A program made the position numbers and the translations under genes. From assembly GCA_964016885.1 (NCBI GenBank), contig OZ024744.1, forward strand, positions 8,370,001-8,434,000: a DNA stretch of 64,000 bases, written 5' to 3'. The first letter of the stretch is position 1. Each line of letters opens with the position of its first letter. This document shows, piece after piece, positions 1 through 13,500 of the stretch. This DNA comes from Eledone cirrhosa. Its lineage: Eukaryota. Under the pieces are notes generated by a model that was given only the letters and a program-made list of their open reading frames with translations, was not told the origin of the DNA and searched no databases.

Positions 1-210
1 CTTGGATATCTTTTATTTATATATATGTATGTGAATGTGTGTATATGTATGTGTATGGATGTGTATATATATGTGTATGGGCATGTATTTATATATGTGT
101 GTGTGTGTGTGCATGTATATATATTTAATATATATATAAATGTGTATGTTTGCAAGTGGATGTGTTTGTATATATATATATGTGTATATATATATACATA
201 TATATATATA

Positions 211-704
211 TATGTCGGTAGATATATTAATTCTTTATAATTATCTCCAAATTATTTGTTGAGCAAAATTTGCCAAATTACTACTGTGACTGGTAGTAGT
301 AGCTAGGCTCTGTCTTAATTGCACCCCCACTCCAAGCTGGTTAACCTCAGTGTCACGTGATTGATTCTTTTGAATTTGCCACTTGACCAAGAAGGCAGTG
401 AATTTTTCAATGGCTTGGAATCTAGCCCCGCTCGCTTTTTTCCATCCACTGAATTATTTTTATATAAGTTCCCAGTGTCCCCGCATTGCCTGGAAACTTA
501 GCTGAGAATAGACTCCCTGATGACGTAAGGCTTCTCTATAGTTATTACGTAACTATATTTATCCCCTTACAGAAACTAATTAGTTGGAGTGAAATTAATG
601 TTCTGCATTCCCCTGCATAGAACCACAAAGTTACTAAGACAAAACATATATATCTGCTAGCATAGGTATGCATCTGTATACATATGTCGGTAGATATATT
701 AATT

Positions 705-711
<7 letters not shown>
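211..711 (+). mobile_element. ORF-less ~472-nt hammerhead-containing unit with 29-bp terminal direct repeat (retrozyme-like or solo pseudo-LTR)
   Basis: TATGTCGGTAGATATATTAATTCTTTATA occurs at 211-239 and 683-711; one HHR inside; (TA)n on both sides. Confidence 0.6.
512..590 (+). ncRNA. Type I hammerhead ribozyme
   Basis: Stem I ACTCC/GGAGT, core CTGATGA 517-523, stem II GTAAGG/CCTTAC with inner TATAGTTA/TAACTATA hairpin, GAAA 572-575, palindromic stem III AACTAATTAGTT, GUU site. Confidence 0.75.
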
Positions 712-778
<67 letters not shown>

Positions 779-809
779 GCGTGTGTGTGTGTGTGTGTGT
801 ATATATATA

Positions 810-3270
810 CAGAAGTCAGAGTTGAGCTGTCAAAGTCTCTTGAGTCCATGGGATGTGAAAGCACGTGGGAATCATTGAAGAAAGCCGTCTGTGATGTCAA
901 TGCTGGGGTTTTAGGTCATACCAATAGAAAGCATAAAGACTAGTTTGATGAAAATGATGCAGTGATCCAGTCCTTGCTTGAAAGGAGACAAAAGGTGCTG
1001 CCATCATTATTTTGTGAGACATGTTCTGACAAGAGTGACCGGACCTTCAAGCAGATCAAGGCACGTGTGCAACATCAATTGAGAGCCATGCAGGACACCT
1101 GGTGGAGAAAAATTGTGATGAAATCCAGAAAGCCCCAGATAGACATGATACAAAGGTCTTATACAATCTGCTGAGGGAGGTTTATGGTCCAACTGGTCCA
1201 CAAATATAACCACTTCGCTCCAAGGACGGCAAGGAATTGCTCAGAGATCCGAAGGAAATCCTGATCAGGTGGCCTGACCACTTTTATGAGCATCAGAAAT
1301 TGATGATGAGTTCATCCGATCGATTCCATCCAGACCTACAAAGCTGGCAATGGCTGATCCTCCTTCATTTGATGAGGTGGCGAAGGCCATTGCCAAATTA
1401 AACAGCGGCAAGTCACCTGGAATGGATGGACTGAGTTCCGAGATCTTCAAGTGGGCTGGTGATAAATTCTTAAACCACCTCACTGATCTCTTTGTGAATG
1501 TTTGGAATGAAGAAGCTGTACCGCAGGACTGGAAAGATGCATTGATGGTGGTACTTTACAAAGGAAAGGGAGCCAAAGATGATTGTTGCAATTACAGAGG
1601 TATTTCACTGCTATCTGCGGTTGGGAAGATCTTGTGCAGGATTTTGTTGGACAAGACTGATACAGTAGATTGCTTTTGAGGTACTTCCAGAGTCCCAATG
1701 TGGCTTTAGGAATGGTAGAGGCACTGTTGATATGATCTTCTCGGCCAAACAACTTCAAGAGAAATGCATTGAGAATCGCATGGACTTATACCAAGTTTTT
1801 GTCGATCTGACCAAGGCATTTGACACCGTTAATCGGAAGCCTTTGTGGGTCATTTTGGAGAGATTGTGCTGTCCTGAAAAGTTTGTGAACATTCTGAAAC
1901 TCTTACACGATGAAATGCAAGCATGGGTAAACATCGGAGGTAAACTGTCTGAGCTAATCTCGGTTGAAAATGGTGTCAAGGTGATATATCCGCACCAACT
2001 TTGTTTGCCTTGTATTTCGCAATGGTGTCTTTCATGGCCTTCAGGGATTGTCAACATGGTATCTACCTCAGAGATCGCACTTCAGGCAATCTGTTTAACC
2101 TCAGGCGACTCACTGCCAACACTAAGGTACTGAGTACCTTGATCAGAGAATTTCTATATGCAGATAATTGTGATCTCTTTGCAAACTGCCAGAGTGACAT
2201 ACAACAACCTATAGATTTTTTTCTCCATTTCTTGCAGTGCTTTAGGACTGACAATCAGTCCGAAGAAGACTGTCGTCATGTACCCACCTGCTCTGGATAA
2301 ATGTTTCAGTGAACCCTCCATAGATGTAAAGCTGAAGGTTGCTGATAGATTTGTGTATTTGGGGAGTACTCAGAATGTGACCTGCTCTCTGAGGTTTGTC
2401 TGTGTATTAGCAAAGCAAGTGAGTCATTTGGAAGGCTCAGCAACCATCTTTGGAGCAGGTGAGAAATCACAATGAAGACCAAGATGAGAGTGTATGCTGC
2501 ATGTGTACTGTCAGCTTTGTTGTATGAGTGTGAGACAAGGGTTGACCACAAACAGCATATCAAAAGACTGGAATGATTTCACTAGCAGTGTCTCAGAAAG
2601 ATGCACGGTATCAAGTGGCAGATCCATGTGAGTGATGTTGAGGTCCTTGAGAGAAGAGAGTGTCGGAATATTGAAAGTATCATACACCAACATCACTTGC
2701 GATGAACCGGACACCTCTACAGAATGGAGGATGATCGAATCCCGAAACAACTTTTGTATGGCGAGCTTTGTAAAAATAAGAGACCACCCCACAAAAAAAA
2801 AACTGCAATTCAAGGATTGTATAAAGCAGACCTAACAAACATGCGGCCCTTTACAAGCACACCTGCGACCAGCACAAAGGTTTTTATAGTGTGGGCATAT
2901 TTTATGTTCGTAAAATTAGTTGTAATGTACGCAATTAGTTGTCAGGTGTGGCCCTCAGACAACACGTGATCCACATGGCCCTCGGGGGACTCTCAGTTTG
3001 ACATGCCTGGTGTAAAGGACTCATTGTAACAAAAATGATTTTGATGGTGGCTGACTGGGAGATAGAAGCGCCTGAAAGAGAAACTTTGCGTGGAATGGTG
3101 AATGATGGGGTCCATGATTTTGAGGACCGACGCATAGAGCACGAGAAGATCAAACAGAGTGTGCGTAAGCAATACCCTGGTGTATCTCTCAATTGAATTG
3201 AAATGCCCTGAGTGTGGAAAAATTTACTAGGAAAAATCTGGTCTGAGGAGCCACAGTCGCAGCCATGTTA
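810..3270 (+). mobile_element. Degenerate RTE-clade (BovB-like) LINE, 5' truncated
   Basis: Frameshifted RT pieces: GKSPGMDG, NYRGISLLS, FVDLTKAFDTV, FLYADNC, FVYLG, RIPKQLLYGEL; C2H2-like CPECGK near 3204. Confidence 0.9.
2827..3009. mobile_element. hAT-like MITE inserted in the RTE element
   Basis: Imperfect TIRs CAGACCTAACAAAC / GTTTGACATGCCTG; 8-bp TSD GTATAAAG / GTGTAAAG (7 of 8 match). Confidence 0.7.
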
Positions 3271-3288
3271 TATATATATAAACACAAA

Positions 3289-3372
<84 letters not shown>

Positions 3373-3500
3373 AAAGTTATATTTAAATTGTTGGGTTAAC
3401 AACGAGTAAATATTTATAACTGATATAAAAGCACTCAACAAGTATTTGGAGTATATTTATGATATTAAATAAATGGAAACTATATTTATAAAACCATATT

Positions 3501-3566
3501 TATTTCATTATATATATTTCAGGGATATCATATTAACAATATGTTATGCCTTCTTCAGACAAAATA
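3501..3566 (-). ncRNA. Type I hammerhead ribozyme (mirror of 5523-5588)
   Basis: Reverse complement of the 5523-5588 motif. Confidence 0.75.
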
Positions 3567-3793
3567 CAATATAAACAGTCTTATAAATAAATAGATACGA
3601 CATACCTTTCAATCGACTTGCATTTGTGAAGTTGATTTGGCAGTAAAAAATATTGTGGACAGTTGTAAAAAGAAAGAGAGAAAGAAAGAAAGAAAGAAAA
3701 ACGAAGAAAAAGAAGAAATGCATGTGACTAAATATTAATAGAATAAATAATAGGAACTTAAAACCTAGCGATAATAGCATAAATAATATCCAA

Positions 3794-4231
3794 GTGAACA
3801 AATGTAACTGTAGAGATAGATCTAAATGTCCGTTAAATAACAACTGCTTAGTTAAAAATATAATATACAACTGTAATGTTAAAACGGACGTTAATTCTTT
3901 TAACTACGTTGGTTCCACATCGACGGAATTTAAACTTCGCTATAACAACCACAAGAATTCTTTCACAGATCCATCCAAAAAATCTTCAACAGCACTATCA
4001 GGCGTACTCTGGCAACTTAGGCATGATAACGTTAGATATTCGACGACTTGGAATATAGTTTCAAGAGGGATTCCTTTTAATTCATCCTCTGAGACATGTG
4101 ACCTCTGTGCGGAGGAGATATTCTTTATACTAAAATCTAAAAATTCCCTTAATCTACGGACAAATTTATTCAGTTGCTGCAGACATAGATTGAACTCAAC
4201 GTTTAAATATAAATTTAAATTTAAAATGTAG
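3794..4231 (+). pseudogene. PLE C-terminal GIY-YIG endonuclease fragment
   Basis: CNCR..CPL..CL..IIY...YVGST...FKLRYNNH...CDLC.EE..LNLR..CRH. Confidence 0.9.
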
Positions 4232-5522
4232 TTATGTTTGATTTGATTTCTAATTATTTATGAAACTAGCCGATAAATCTTTCGATTTCTTCTTTTTATT
4301 AAAACATTCTTTTTATTAAAACATTTTTCATGAATAATTAAACTACCCTAAAAGCTGATGCTCCAAATATATCGAATTAAATTTTACACTAGATAAACTT
4401 CTATATTAAATATAAGAACATATGTAGACCAAATGGGTATCCTAAACTTTTGGAATGATTTCTGCTAGACAGGATTTGGTAAATAATTTTTGTTTTATCT
4501 GTTTCGACTCTGATGCTTATGATGAACTTGGCAATATATTGTCAATTAAATTTGAAAGGCTGATCTTTGTGGCCGATTTGCGTGGCATACTATGTTTTAT
4601 CTTTATTATTTTTTAATATTTTGTAATATTTTTATTTTTAATATTAAATGTTTTAGTTTTCTGTTTATTTATTTATTTTCTTGTCCCTGATATTTTTATT
4701 TTTATTTTTATTTTATTTTTATTAATATATTGAAATCTGTTCTCTATTTCTGCTTGATCGACAATCATGTAGAGTAAAGACAAGAATAGTATTGTTAAAA
4801 TTAATATAGACTCTATATATATGTGTATATATACACACATATATGTATACTTGAATTTTTATAGCACAATGAGAATGTTTTCGTGTGAATTGGGAGTTTG
4901 TTTATAATTATGATATAAACATATGAATTTTTAAAAACTAGACATAAGATCATTACTTTTCACACATTATAGATACATGTCTCATTCATGAATACTGATA
5001 TTTACATTATAGTGCCTGTTTTATACGAACTAATATTTTCTACATGATGAAACATAGGGTTTTTAAATTCTGCCTCGTTTATGTCTGGTTATTTTTCATT
5101 TTCTCTTTTTCATTTTCTCTTTTTTCTCTCTATATAACCGCTATTTTCTCTCTTAACTACATACATCTCTCTTTACATTAATACTAGAGCTAAATAAATA
5201 AATAAATAAATAAATAAATGTATCAACTGATACTCAACTACCTAGTTTCTCTATCTATCTCTATCTATCTCTTTCTTTTTTCCTCTCTCTATATATCTCT
5301 CTCTGTTTCTTTACATGAAGTTCTTCTCTTTATCTATCTTTCTATATCTCTCTATATTTAGTCACATGCATTTCTTCTTTTTCTTCGTTTTTCTTTCTTT
5401 CTTTCTTTCTCTCTTTCTTTTTACAACTGTCCACAATATTTTTTACTGCCAAATCAACTTCACAAATGCAAGTCGATTGAAAGGTATGTCGTATCTATTT
5501 ATTTATAAGACTGTTTATATTG

Positions 5523-5588
5523 TATTTTGTCTGAAGAAGGCATAACATATTGTTAATATGATATCCCTGAAATATATATAATGAAATA
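5523..5588 (+). ncRNA. Type I hammerhead ribozyme
   Basis: Stem I TATTTTGT/ATGAAATA (2 GU), CTGAAGA, stem II AGG/CCT, GAAA, palindromic ATATATAT stem III, AUA site. Confidence 0.75.
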
Positions 5589-5625
5589 AATATGGTTTTA
5601 TAAATATAGTTTCCATTTATTTAAT

Positions 5626-5687
<62 letters not shown>

Positions 5688-5924
5688 AAGTAATTCCGTC
5701 GGAAAGGTCCAGGAAAAGAGAGTGCTCAATGTAGGTTACAGAGCTTATTAGTTATGTAATAAACTATATATATATAACTATATATTACATAACTATATAT
5801 ATATATATATAGTTTTCTTTAAAGATGTAAATTATAATCGATGCGGTTTGTTAACTGATTTACCAATGTACACAGGGAATTTATCAGGAAGACAATCGGC
5901 ATATATCAGAAACAATAAAAAAGA

Positions 5925-5925
<1 letters not shown>

Positions 5926-5972
<47 letters not shown>

Positions 5973-6068
5973 GGTGAAGAAGAAGAAGAAGAAGAAGAAG
6001 AAGAAGAAGAAGAAGAAGAAGAAGAAGAAGAAGAAGAAGAAGAAGAAGAAGAAGAAGAAGAAGAAGAA
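5926..6068 (+). repeat. Compound (AAC)n-(AAG)n microsatellite
   Basis: Direct reading. Confidence 0.97.
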
Positions 6069-6380
6069 ACGATGTATCACTAGAGGATCATTTTGTTTAT
6101 TCTCGTGTGACGCGCTTTCGCGATCGATCAGCTTAAGCTTTGATCTGTATCGATCGAGCCCGACTCTGGAATCGAAGCAACTGTATGTTTAAAACAAAGT
6201 AAAAACAAAAGTTGAAAGAAAAGGTGAATGTCAAGAAGACAGTTGACAGAATATAAACATTGTTTGTAGATTTGAAATATTTCTGCCATGAAAGGAAGGG
6301 GATTTCATATTTTGGTTAAACATTATTAAAGTAGTGTGACAGAAGAAACGGATTTCAATGGTGTAAAATAATGTTTAGAA

Positions 6381-6490
6381 CATACATACATACATACATA
6401 CATGCATACATACATACATACATACATACATACATACATACATACATACATACATACATACATACATACATACATACATACATACATACA
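6381..6490 (+). repeat. (CATA)n microsatellite
   Basis: Direct reading. Confidence 0.97.
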
Positions 6491-6619
6491 CACACACACT
6501 CGCACACATGCATACAACAGTCAACGCGATCAGTCGCATATTTTGGAGTGGGAGACTATTTATTAAATTTAAGATGAATACTATCTCCGACAGTAATGGC
6601 ACAACTGCAGTCATGTTGA

Positions 6620-9600
6620 ATAACTGGTTATTCTTCTAACTATATCTTCTGAAGACACCTTTTATTCGAATTCGTAGAGATATCCGACTAAATACATAAT
6701 TCATTTTACAAGGATTTGCTACAAACAGCATGGCTGAACACAACATCAACAACAAAATTAAGGAAGTATCGAAGACAAACAACGAGAAAGGTAAACAAAA
6801 TTTATTCAGTTGTAGCTACCGCAGAAACCGAAATTATAAATCGCATTTGTCTTGGAGGTGCGAACTTAATAATGATTTATTTAATTGTTATAAAATGGCA
6901 AAAAACAAACCCTCCATTGGCTATATGAACAGAATGAAGCCACACTGGGACGAAATACACCCAGAGCTAAATTATTTCACAGCGAAACAATTACGCCAAC
7001 AAGCGACGTTTGTTGAACGTAAAAATAAGATAAATAGTATTAATTGTAAGTCCCCCACAACAAACATGTTATCAACAACACATGTTACAGGTTGCCATGT
7101 TACTAGACTTCCTAGCAGCCAGGTCGAACAGTGCCTTGAAACAACTATGCCTGTAAGAAACTTGACACCACCTGTACCATCTAAGTCTATCTCGAATGCG
7201 GGGGAAAACACTATCGATAATAATAATAATCGAAGAAATAATAATAATAATCGAATAAATTTGACACCAGGTGTACCATCCGAGTCTACCTCGACTGTTG
7301 TGGAAAATACTATTGATAATGATAATAATCAAAAGTATAAACAATTGAAATTTTCCCTCAACGAAATCTTCCAGAGAGAAATTAATTCATGTATAAATAT
7401 CTCTCTTGCTGAACGTATTAAAACGACAATCTATATATATAAAGCTGTGGTTGTCTGTCTGTCTATCGATTTTTGGCACACATCTCCTCTTAGAATCTCT
7501 GACGGAATTGCACCGAAATTGCTATACTTGTACATTGAGCCCTAGCGAAGACAACGGAAAAAAAATATTTCAAATTGACCCACCCTATGTGACGAAATCG
7601 AATCTAATGTATCGATTTTTTAGCGTAAGTGACGAGTTATTTCCCTTTGTTCTGTTTACATTGAGCGTCTTACGTTCTGTTTACATTTTCTGCGTGCAAA
7701 AATTAAAAAATTACGCTAGCTTTCTCAGCGTTTAAAATGACATTAACACAATACACGAACAGTTGTCGAGCCAGCAAAATTTTGACCTGCAAAATTCATC
7801 AGTTCGAACACTAAGCTTCCGTTTTGCTTCATTTCCATTTAAAAGCCTTTTAAAACAATATTTTTACTTGAAAACAAGTCTATTTAAAGACTACGTAAAA
7901 CAAGCAAATATTTCGTAAAAAAAAGCAAAAATTATATAAGTTTATTTAAAATATATGTATCTGTAAATTTCGTTAGGCGTGCAGACAGACTTTAAGCCAA
8001 AAAAGAAACTTAACATTGTAACTTTAACACAGCTACTGAGCGACCCCGAGCAACGCCTAGTGTTTAATAAAAAACCAAATAATGAAATATTACGTGTTAT
8101 TGACGAAATAGGGGATGAATATTTACGACGGATAAAAACCCCAACATTTTGGCAAATCAACGCCTGTTTATATGCCTTAGCAACGACAGTGAAGTATTAT
8201 CTTGGTGATAGCAGAGATATTAACAAGAACAAAACACCACCAAAAATACCATCATATATAACTAAAATAGAAAAAAAGAGTGCTGACCTACGAAAAAACA
8301 TAGGACATGTGACAATGCTCCTTACATGCAAACAAACACAAAAAACCTCACTCCTCACCAACAAAGAGTGAAAAATAAAATAGAGACGATGTTTGGTAAC
8401 AGTAGAACCAGAACTCTTCAATATAAGCTGATCACCCTCAAACAAGAATTGAGAGCTGTTGACGAAAAACACCGATACCTGAAGAAGGTAGATGAGAGAA
8501 AAGTGCTTAATAAAAGATTCAGACGAAACCAAACATCAGTCTATAGAGATATTAAGTGTCACTGAGGCTTCATCCCAGAAAGACAGACTCCTGAAAAGAA
8601 AGGGGTTTGGGGATGTGCTGAACAACTCCTAATCAACAAAACTGCGATGTCGGAGGTGCGACAACTTAGGAGGAATAGGGCTACAGTCTGACTGGACTAC
8701 AGGAAAGCTTTCGATTCTGTTCTCCACTCTTGGATGATAGAGGCCCTCCAACTTGCTAAAGTCCCAGACATTATTATCAGAGCCATAGAGAGGCTGTCTT
8801 CTTGGGCTACTATCCTAAGGTTAAAGACAGACAGGGAGGACTCTATTTTCACTGATAAAATAAAATATTGCAGGGGGTATATTTCGGGACAGTCTCTCTG
8901 TGATATTATTCATCTCTGTGATATTAAATCCCTTGTCCTTTCTGCTCAAGAAATGTGAAGAATACAACATTGGCTCACAGGAGGACAGAAATACGAACCT
9001 AACCCATAACTTCTTTGTGGACGATCTGAAACTCTATGCCAAGAACATGGATGGGATGAAGAAAAATCTTGACCTGGTAACAACATTCTCAAAGGATATA
9101 GGAATGGAGCTAGGCCAAGATAAATGCTCATACATGACTGTAAAGCGGGGAAAAACAACAACCCAATCTAGCAACATTGTCATCAATGGTCTAACTGTTT
9201 CACCGATATCTGATGAGGACTGCTACAGATACCTGGGGATAGATGAGAACATATCCTATAATGGTATCTGTAATACGAAATCTGAGCAATTGATCTTAGG
9301 ACTCAAACAATACTAAACAACACCGGAAACTTCCACAACAACAGTGACATAGACCGCCTTTACTTGAAATGTAAGCAGGGAGGCAGAGGCCTAACATCAG
9401 TACAAATAGCATTTGAATGTCGCATCATATCCCTCCGACAACATTTAAGAACCTCGAAGCGTAGGAGCCCGTTTCTCGAGCAAGTCTATCTGCATGAGAC
9501 AGATAAGATCATGAGAGTTGGGAAGGAACTCCTTGAAATATACTCCACGTGTGATAATCAAAACCTAACACCCTGGGAAACTGCCCAGCTTGAAATGTAG
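6620..9600 (+). mobile_element. R4/Dong-like (RLE-class) non-LTR retrotransposon, internally deleted and Helitron-interrupted
   Basis: N-terminal ORF from 6730 (KQLRQQA), RT motifs DYRKAFDSV, HNFFVDDLKLY, YRYLGI, RLYLK..GGRGL; deletion near 8560. Confidence 0.85.
7430..8060 (+). mobile_element. Non-autonomous Helitron
   Basis: 5' TC(TATATATATAAAG), 3' CCCGAGCAACGC-CTAG, inserted between A and T; removing it restores the host frame ERIKTT-MFNKKP. Confidence 0.85.
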
Positions 9601-9609
9601 CATATCGTA

Positions 9610-10430
9610 TATGATGCACAGAGAGCACCTGCAGAAACATGACAACGGCATACATTGGTAAGACAACCAGTAGTATAGGGGAAAGAATATACCAACACTG
9701 GGGGAAACTAAAAGGAAAAGAATATTCTGTTCTATATGAACACGACAGACTAAGACATGGCGGCAATATTGACAACATAGAAATTAAAATAATGTCTCAG
9801 CATAGAAATGACTAATAAATTAGTCAAATTAGGGAAGCTACGGAAATAGAATTAAGAAAATCTAGGCTGAACAGAAAACATGATTGGAATAACTACCACC
9901 ATACACAAATACACAATAGTGATCTAAGATAAACAAACAAATATATACACAAGTACAATAACAAAACAAACACACATGAACACACACTAGTGACCAAAGA
10001 TAGAATATAAACACATAAATACACGAACACATACCAAACAGAGAACACAGGCAAACGCATGCGCAAAATAGAGACAACAATAAATAAATAAATAAAATAG
10101 AATAAGAAAACATGACAGGAATACAACGGGAGGAAATATAGAAACATCACTGATCATGTTACAGTTGTGTGACGAAAGAAACTTTAGAAACTATATTTGT
10201 ATCTATATTTCAAACTGTTGGTCAACTAATGATAAACATTAATTGCCAGCTGAGTTAATTATAAAAGTATAAAAGAATATACACCGAAGCGAAAACCAAC
10301 CTAAATTAAACAGTGAGTGTGTTTTACTATATATTTCTGGCATTATTATAACAATATGATCCTCCTCGAATATAACAATATTTGTTTCAACACACGATTT
10401 CATATTAAAAAAAAATTGCAAAACATATAT
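9610..10430 (+). mobile_element. PLE 3' fragment (GIY-YIG plus 3' region), decayed
   Basis: YIGKTTSSIGERI..H..S.LYEH...LNRKHDW; homologous to 14720-15450; decayed HHR at about 10146-10190. Confidence 0.75.
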
Positions 10431-10549
10431 ATATATATGTCCCCCACCCACTCTCAAGCGCGAACCTAATACTAACACTTTATACTTCACTCTTCGTTAT
10501 CGCTTTTGTTTTCTATTTTAACTTATATATACATATATATATATATATA

Positions 10550-13500
10550 TATCATAAAGAAAACGAAAAATCAGTGATGCATCTGGACTTAGTTTATTTC
10601 GTGTTACAAATGTTTCGCCGGCATGTAGTTCGAGTCATGGTACTTGTATGGCTCTGGCTGATTCTACTTCTGCGGGTTCTTTCAGACACGGGTGTTACGT
10701 CCGGAGCAAATTTTATCACTGGGTGTTATCATAAAAAAAGGATAGGACCGAGTCATATGTAGCTAGAAAACCACGGATATTATTAAGGACCACAAATTAG
10801 ACTTTAAAACTAAACTACCGGTTAGGTTAATAGCACCCTCCAAATCCGACCTAGGAAGGACCAGTAGGAATATTATAGATAGGATAATACCGGTACTTAG
10901 AAACAAAACTAAGCTTAGCCTATGGACCTCCACTAAGGAGGTTTTGACTGGTTCTCAGCAATAGATGACAAACACCAAGTAAATTTTATTCAGTTAGACA
11001 TAGATAGCTATTACGCGTCGGTATCTCCGATACTAGTCAACAAGGCCCTAATAAGCGCCATGGCCAGATCTAGCCTCTCCAGGGACGAGACCAACCTCAT
11101 AGTAGCAGCCAGAAAGAAGCTGATTGGTTTCGAAGACAAGTTATGGGAGAGGAGGGACAGACCCGACAGTTTCGATATCACCATGGAGTCAAGTGACTCG
11201 GCGCAGGGGACCGAGCTGGTGGGGATATATCTCATCCATAGGCTGACGGAGGATATCCCGGGGATCGGAGGTGGAATATACAGAGACGACGTACTTTTCA
11301 CCTTCCGTTCCCTTAACCCCAGTCGGATGGAGGGCATGAGGAAGTGCATAACGCATTTTTTTAAACAACACAGCTTATCCGTAACAATCGACACTAGCAC
11401 TAAGACGGTCAATTTCCTGGACGTTACCTTGGAAATGAATACTGGCATCCACAGACCGTACCATAAGCCCAACGAAAACCTACAATATGTGAACAGGCAA
11501 TCGAATCACCCTAAATCAGTCATAGAAGCCATAGTCAAAGAGGTGTCTAAACGCGTATCCATCCTTTCGTCGAACGCAGCAGTGTTTAAACAGCACGCCA
11601 AATACTATAATGAGGCACTGCGCAGGGCCGGTTACAAAGACACCATAATATATACCCCGGATAGAGTAGAGCCTAATGATATGGCGTGCAGAAATGCTAA
11701 TACTGAGGGCGCCTCCCTAGGTAGAAAAACTGACCCGGTAGCAGTAGCCAGGAACACAAATAGCCACACTACTAACATTAATGACACAGGACCGACCCGA
11801 GATAGGACTAAAGCACCCATAGGAGCCAGACCACTCAGTGTGCGGAGGCATGGGCCTGGCACGCACATTGCACACTCCGTGGCAACTGGGATCTTGGACA
11901 GGACTTAGACAAATATGAACGGGGCACACGCCACGGAGCACGACCAGCCTAGTTCTAGTGCTACAGCACCGACAATAGCATCACATAGACCTAAGGGGAA
12001 TAGACGTATAGATGTCCACATAGAACGACGTAAATCTATAACTGTAGAACATAACCACGACGAACGTAGCAGTCTAATAGACAGGGACAACACACGAGAC
12101 GACATTGTGGTTGGGAAGAACACTGAACCGACACCGAGCCCTGGACACACCAACAAGAATCCACGCATACGAAAGAACAGATCTAAGGCCGTTACCTGGT
12201 TCAATGCGCCTTACTCTAAACATGTACGCACCAACGTGCCAGGACTTTTCTTCCGAGCGCTGGATGAGTGCTTTCCGACGACAAATAAGTACCACAAAAT
12301 CTTCTACCGCCACACGGTGAATATTTCCTTCTCCACGGCGCCGAATATGGCCGACTACATGGCTAGAACTAACGCGGTGAAGATGACGCACACTGGCTGT
12401 CAACCGCGGCGACAGAGTGACTATGCTTCGGAGCGCGGAGAACCACCTAGAGACCTGCCTTCAAATGACAACCCGGCCCCCGAGGCAACCAGAGCGCCCA
12501 CCGAGGGCGATATGGTCCAACACCGAGAGGCAAATAGTGGCATAGGGGGGACAAATGTGTCGGCGGTGGAACACCCTGAGAACCTTGAGAGGGCCATAAC
12601 AGATCGGGGCCCAGACATCGGACGCACAAGAAATGACAGCAGAACTTGCAACTGTAGAGCGGGCACCCAGTGCCCCCTACAGGGAAAATGCTTAATGAAA
12701 GACTTAATATGCGCATCGAACCTACATCGGCGCAACATCCACGACCTTTAAATCGCGGATGTATAATCACACGAATTCCTTCAGGGACCGTAGCTAAAGA
12801 TACTCCACTAGGTTAGCAGACCTCGTGTGGGACATGAAAGACCACGGCACTCCATACGCCCTGGAATTGAGTATCGTTCGCCAAGCGAGGGCATATTCGG
12901 CCGGAAGTAGAAAGTGCCGATTGTGCCTACACGAGGCCATGGAGATAGTCAGACTGAAGGATGACGCCGTCAACTTGAAGTCTGAAATTATCATGACATG
13001 TAGACACCAGAGAAGATGCACATTTGCAGCATGGAACCCGCCGGGTGACGCAGGCAGGGGCATGGGAATGAGTACGCACAGACCCGATTGGCCTAGCGGG
13101 ATTAGGGGACCTGACGCCATGCCATGATGACGGTCTCCGACCCGTGGGGCAATCATAGGTAAACCGGGTGCGCACGTGACCGGCCACATGACATTGGAAG
13201 ATACACCGCATGGGCCGGGACCGGCTGACACGGGGCCCAGTGCCACACGGTCCTGTGCAATAAACATATAGAACAGCACACCCCAGCCACGGTGCCATGC
13301 CCCAGGTCGACCGGGACGGGCGTCACATTGAATGTGTACTATATACTCTCCACCTGTTCCACGTTGGAACAGTGATTATTACTATCATTATTGTTCTATC
13401 ATAGTTCTGTTACTGTTACCTGTTCTATACACGGACACAGGTTTGCATCTTATAATACCTGTGTGTAGTATATCACATGGACGCACGCACCTTCTCCTGT

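Larger units (their letters stand above)
3371..5632 (+). mobile_element. 5'-truncated Penelope-like element with inverted pseudo-LTR arm
   Basis: GIY-YIG ORF; inverted repeat 3458-3735 / 5355-5632, each arm with an HHR; (TA)n on both sides. Confidence 0.88.

Noticed and set aside
25-943. YIYIYI / CVCV / HTHT ORFs here and throughout the window
   Set aside because: Translations of (TA)n, (TG)n and (CATA)n microsatellites, which lack stop codons
6100-6170. HHR 3' half on - strand (GAAAGCGCGTC with CGATCGAT stem)
   Set aside because: No CTGANGA or matching stem I found; counted only as a remnant
5832-6192. Poly-N/poly-K and poly-F ORFs
   Set aside because: (AAC)n(AAG)n microsatellite
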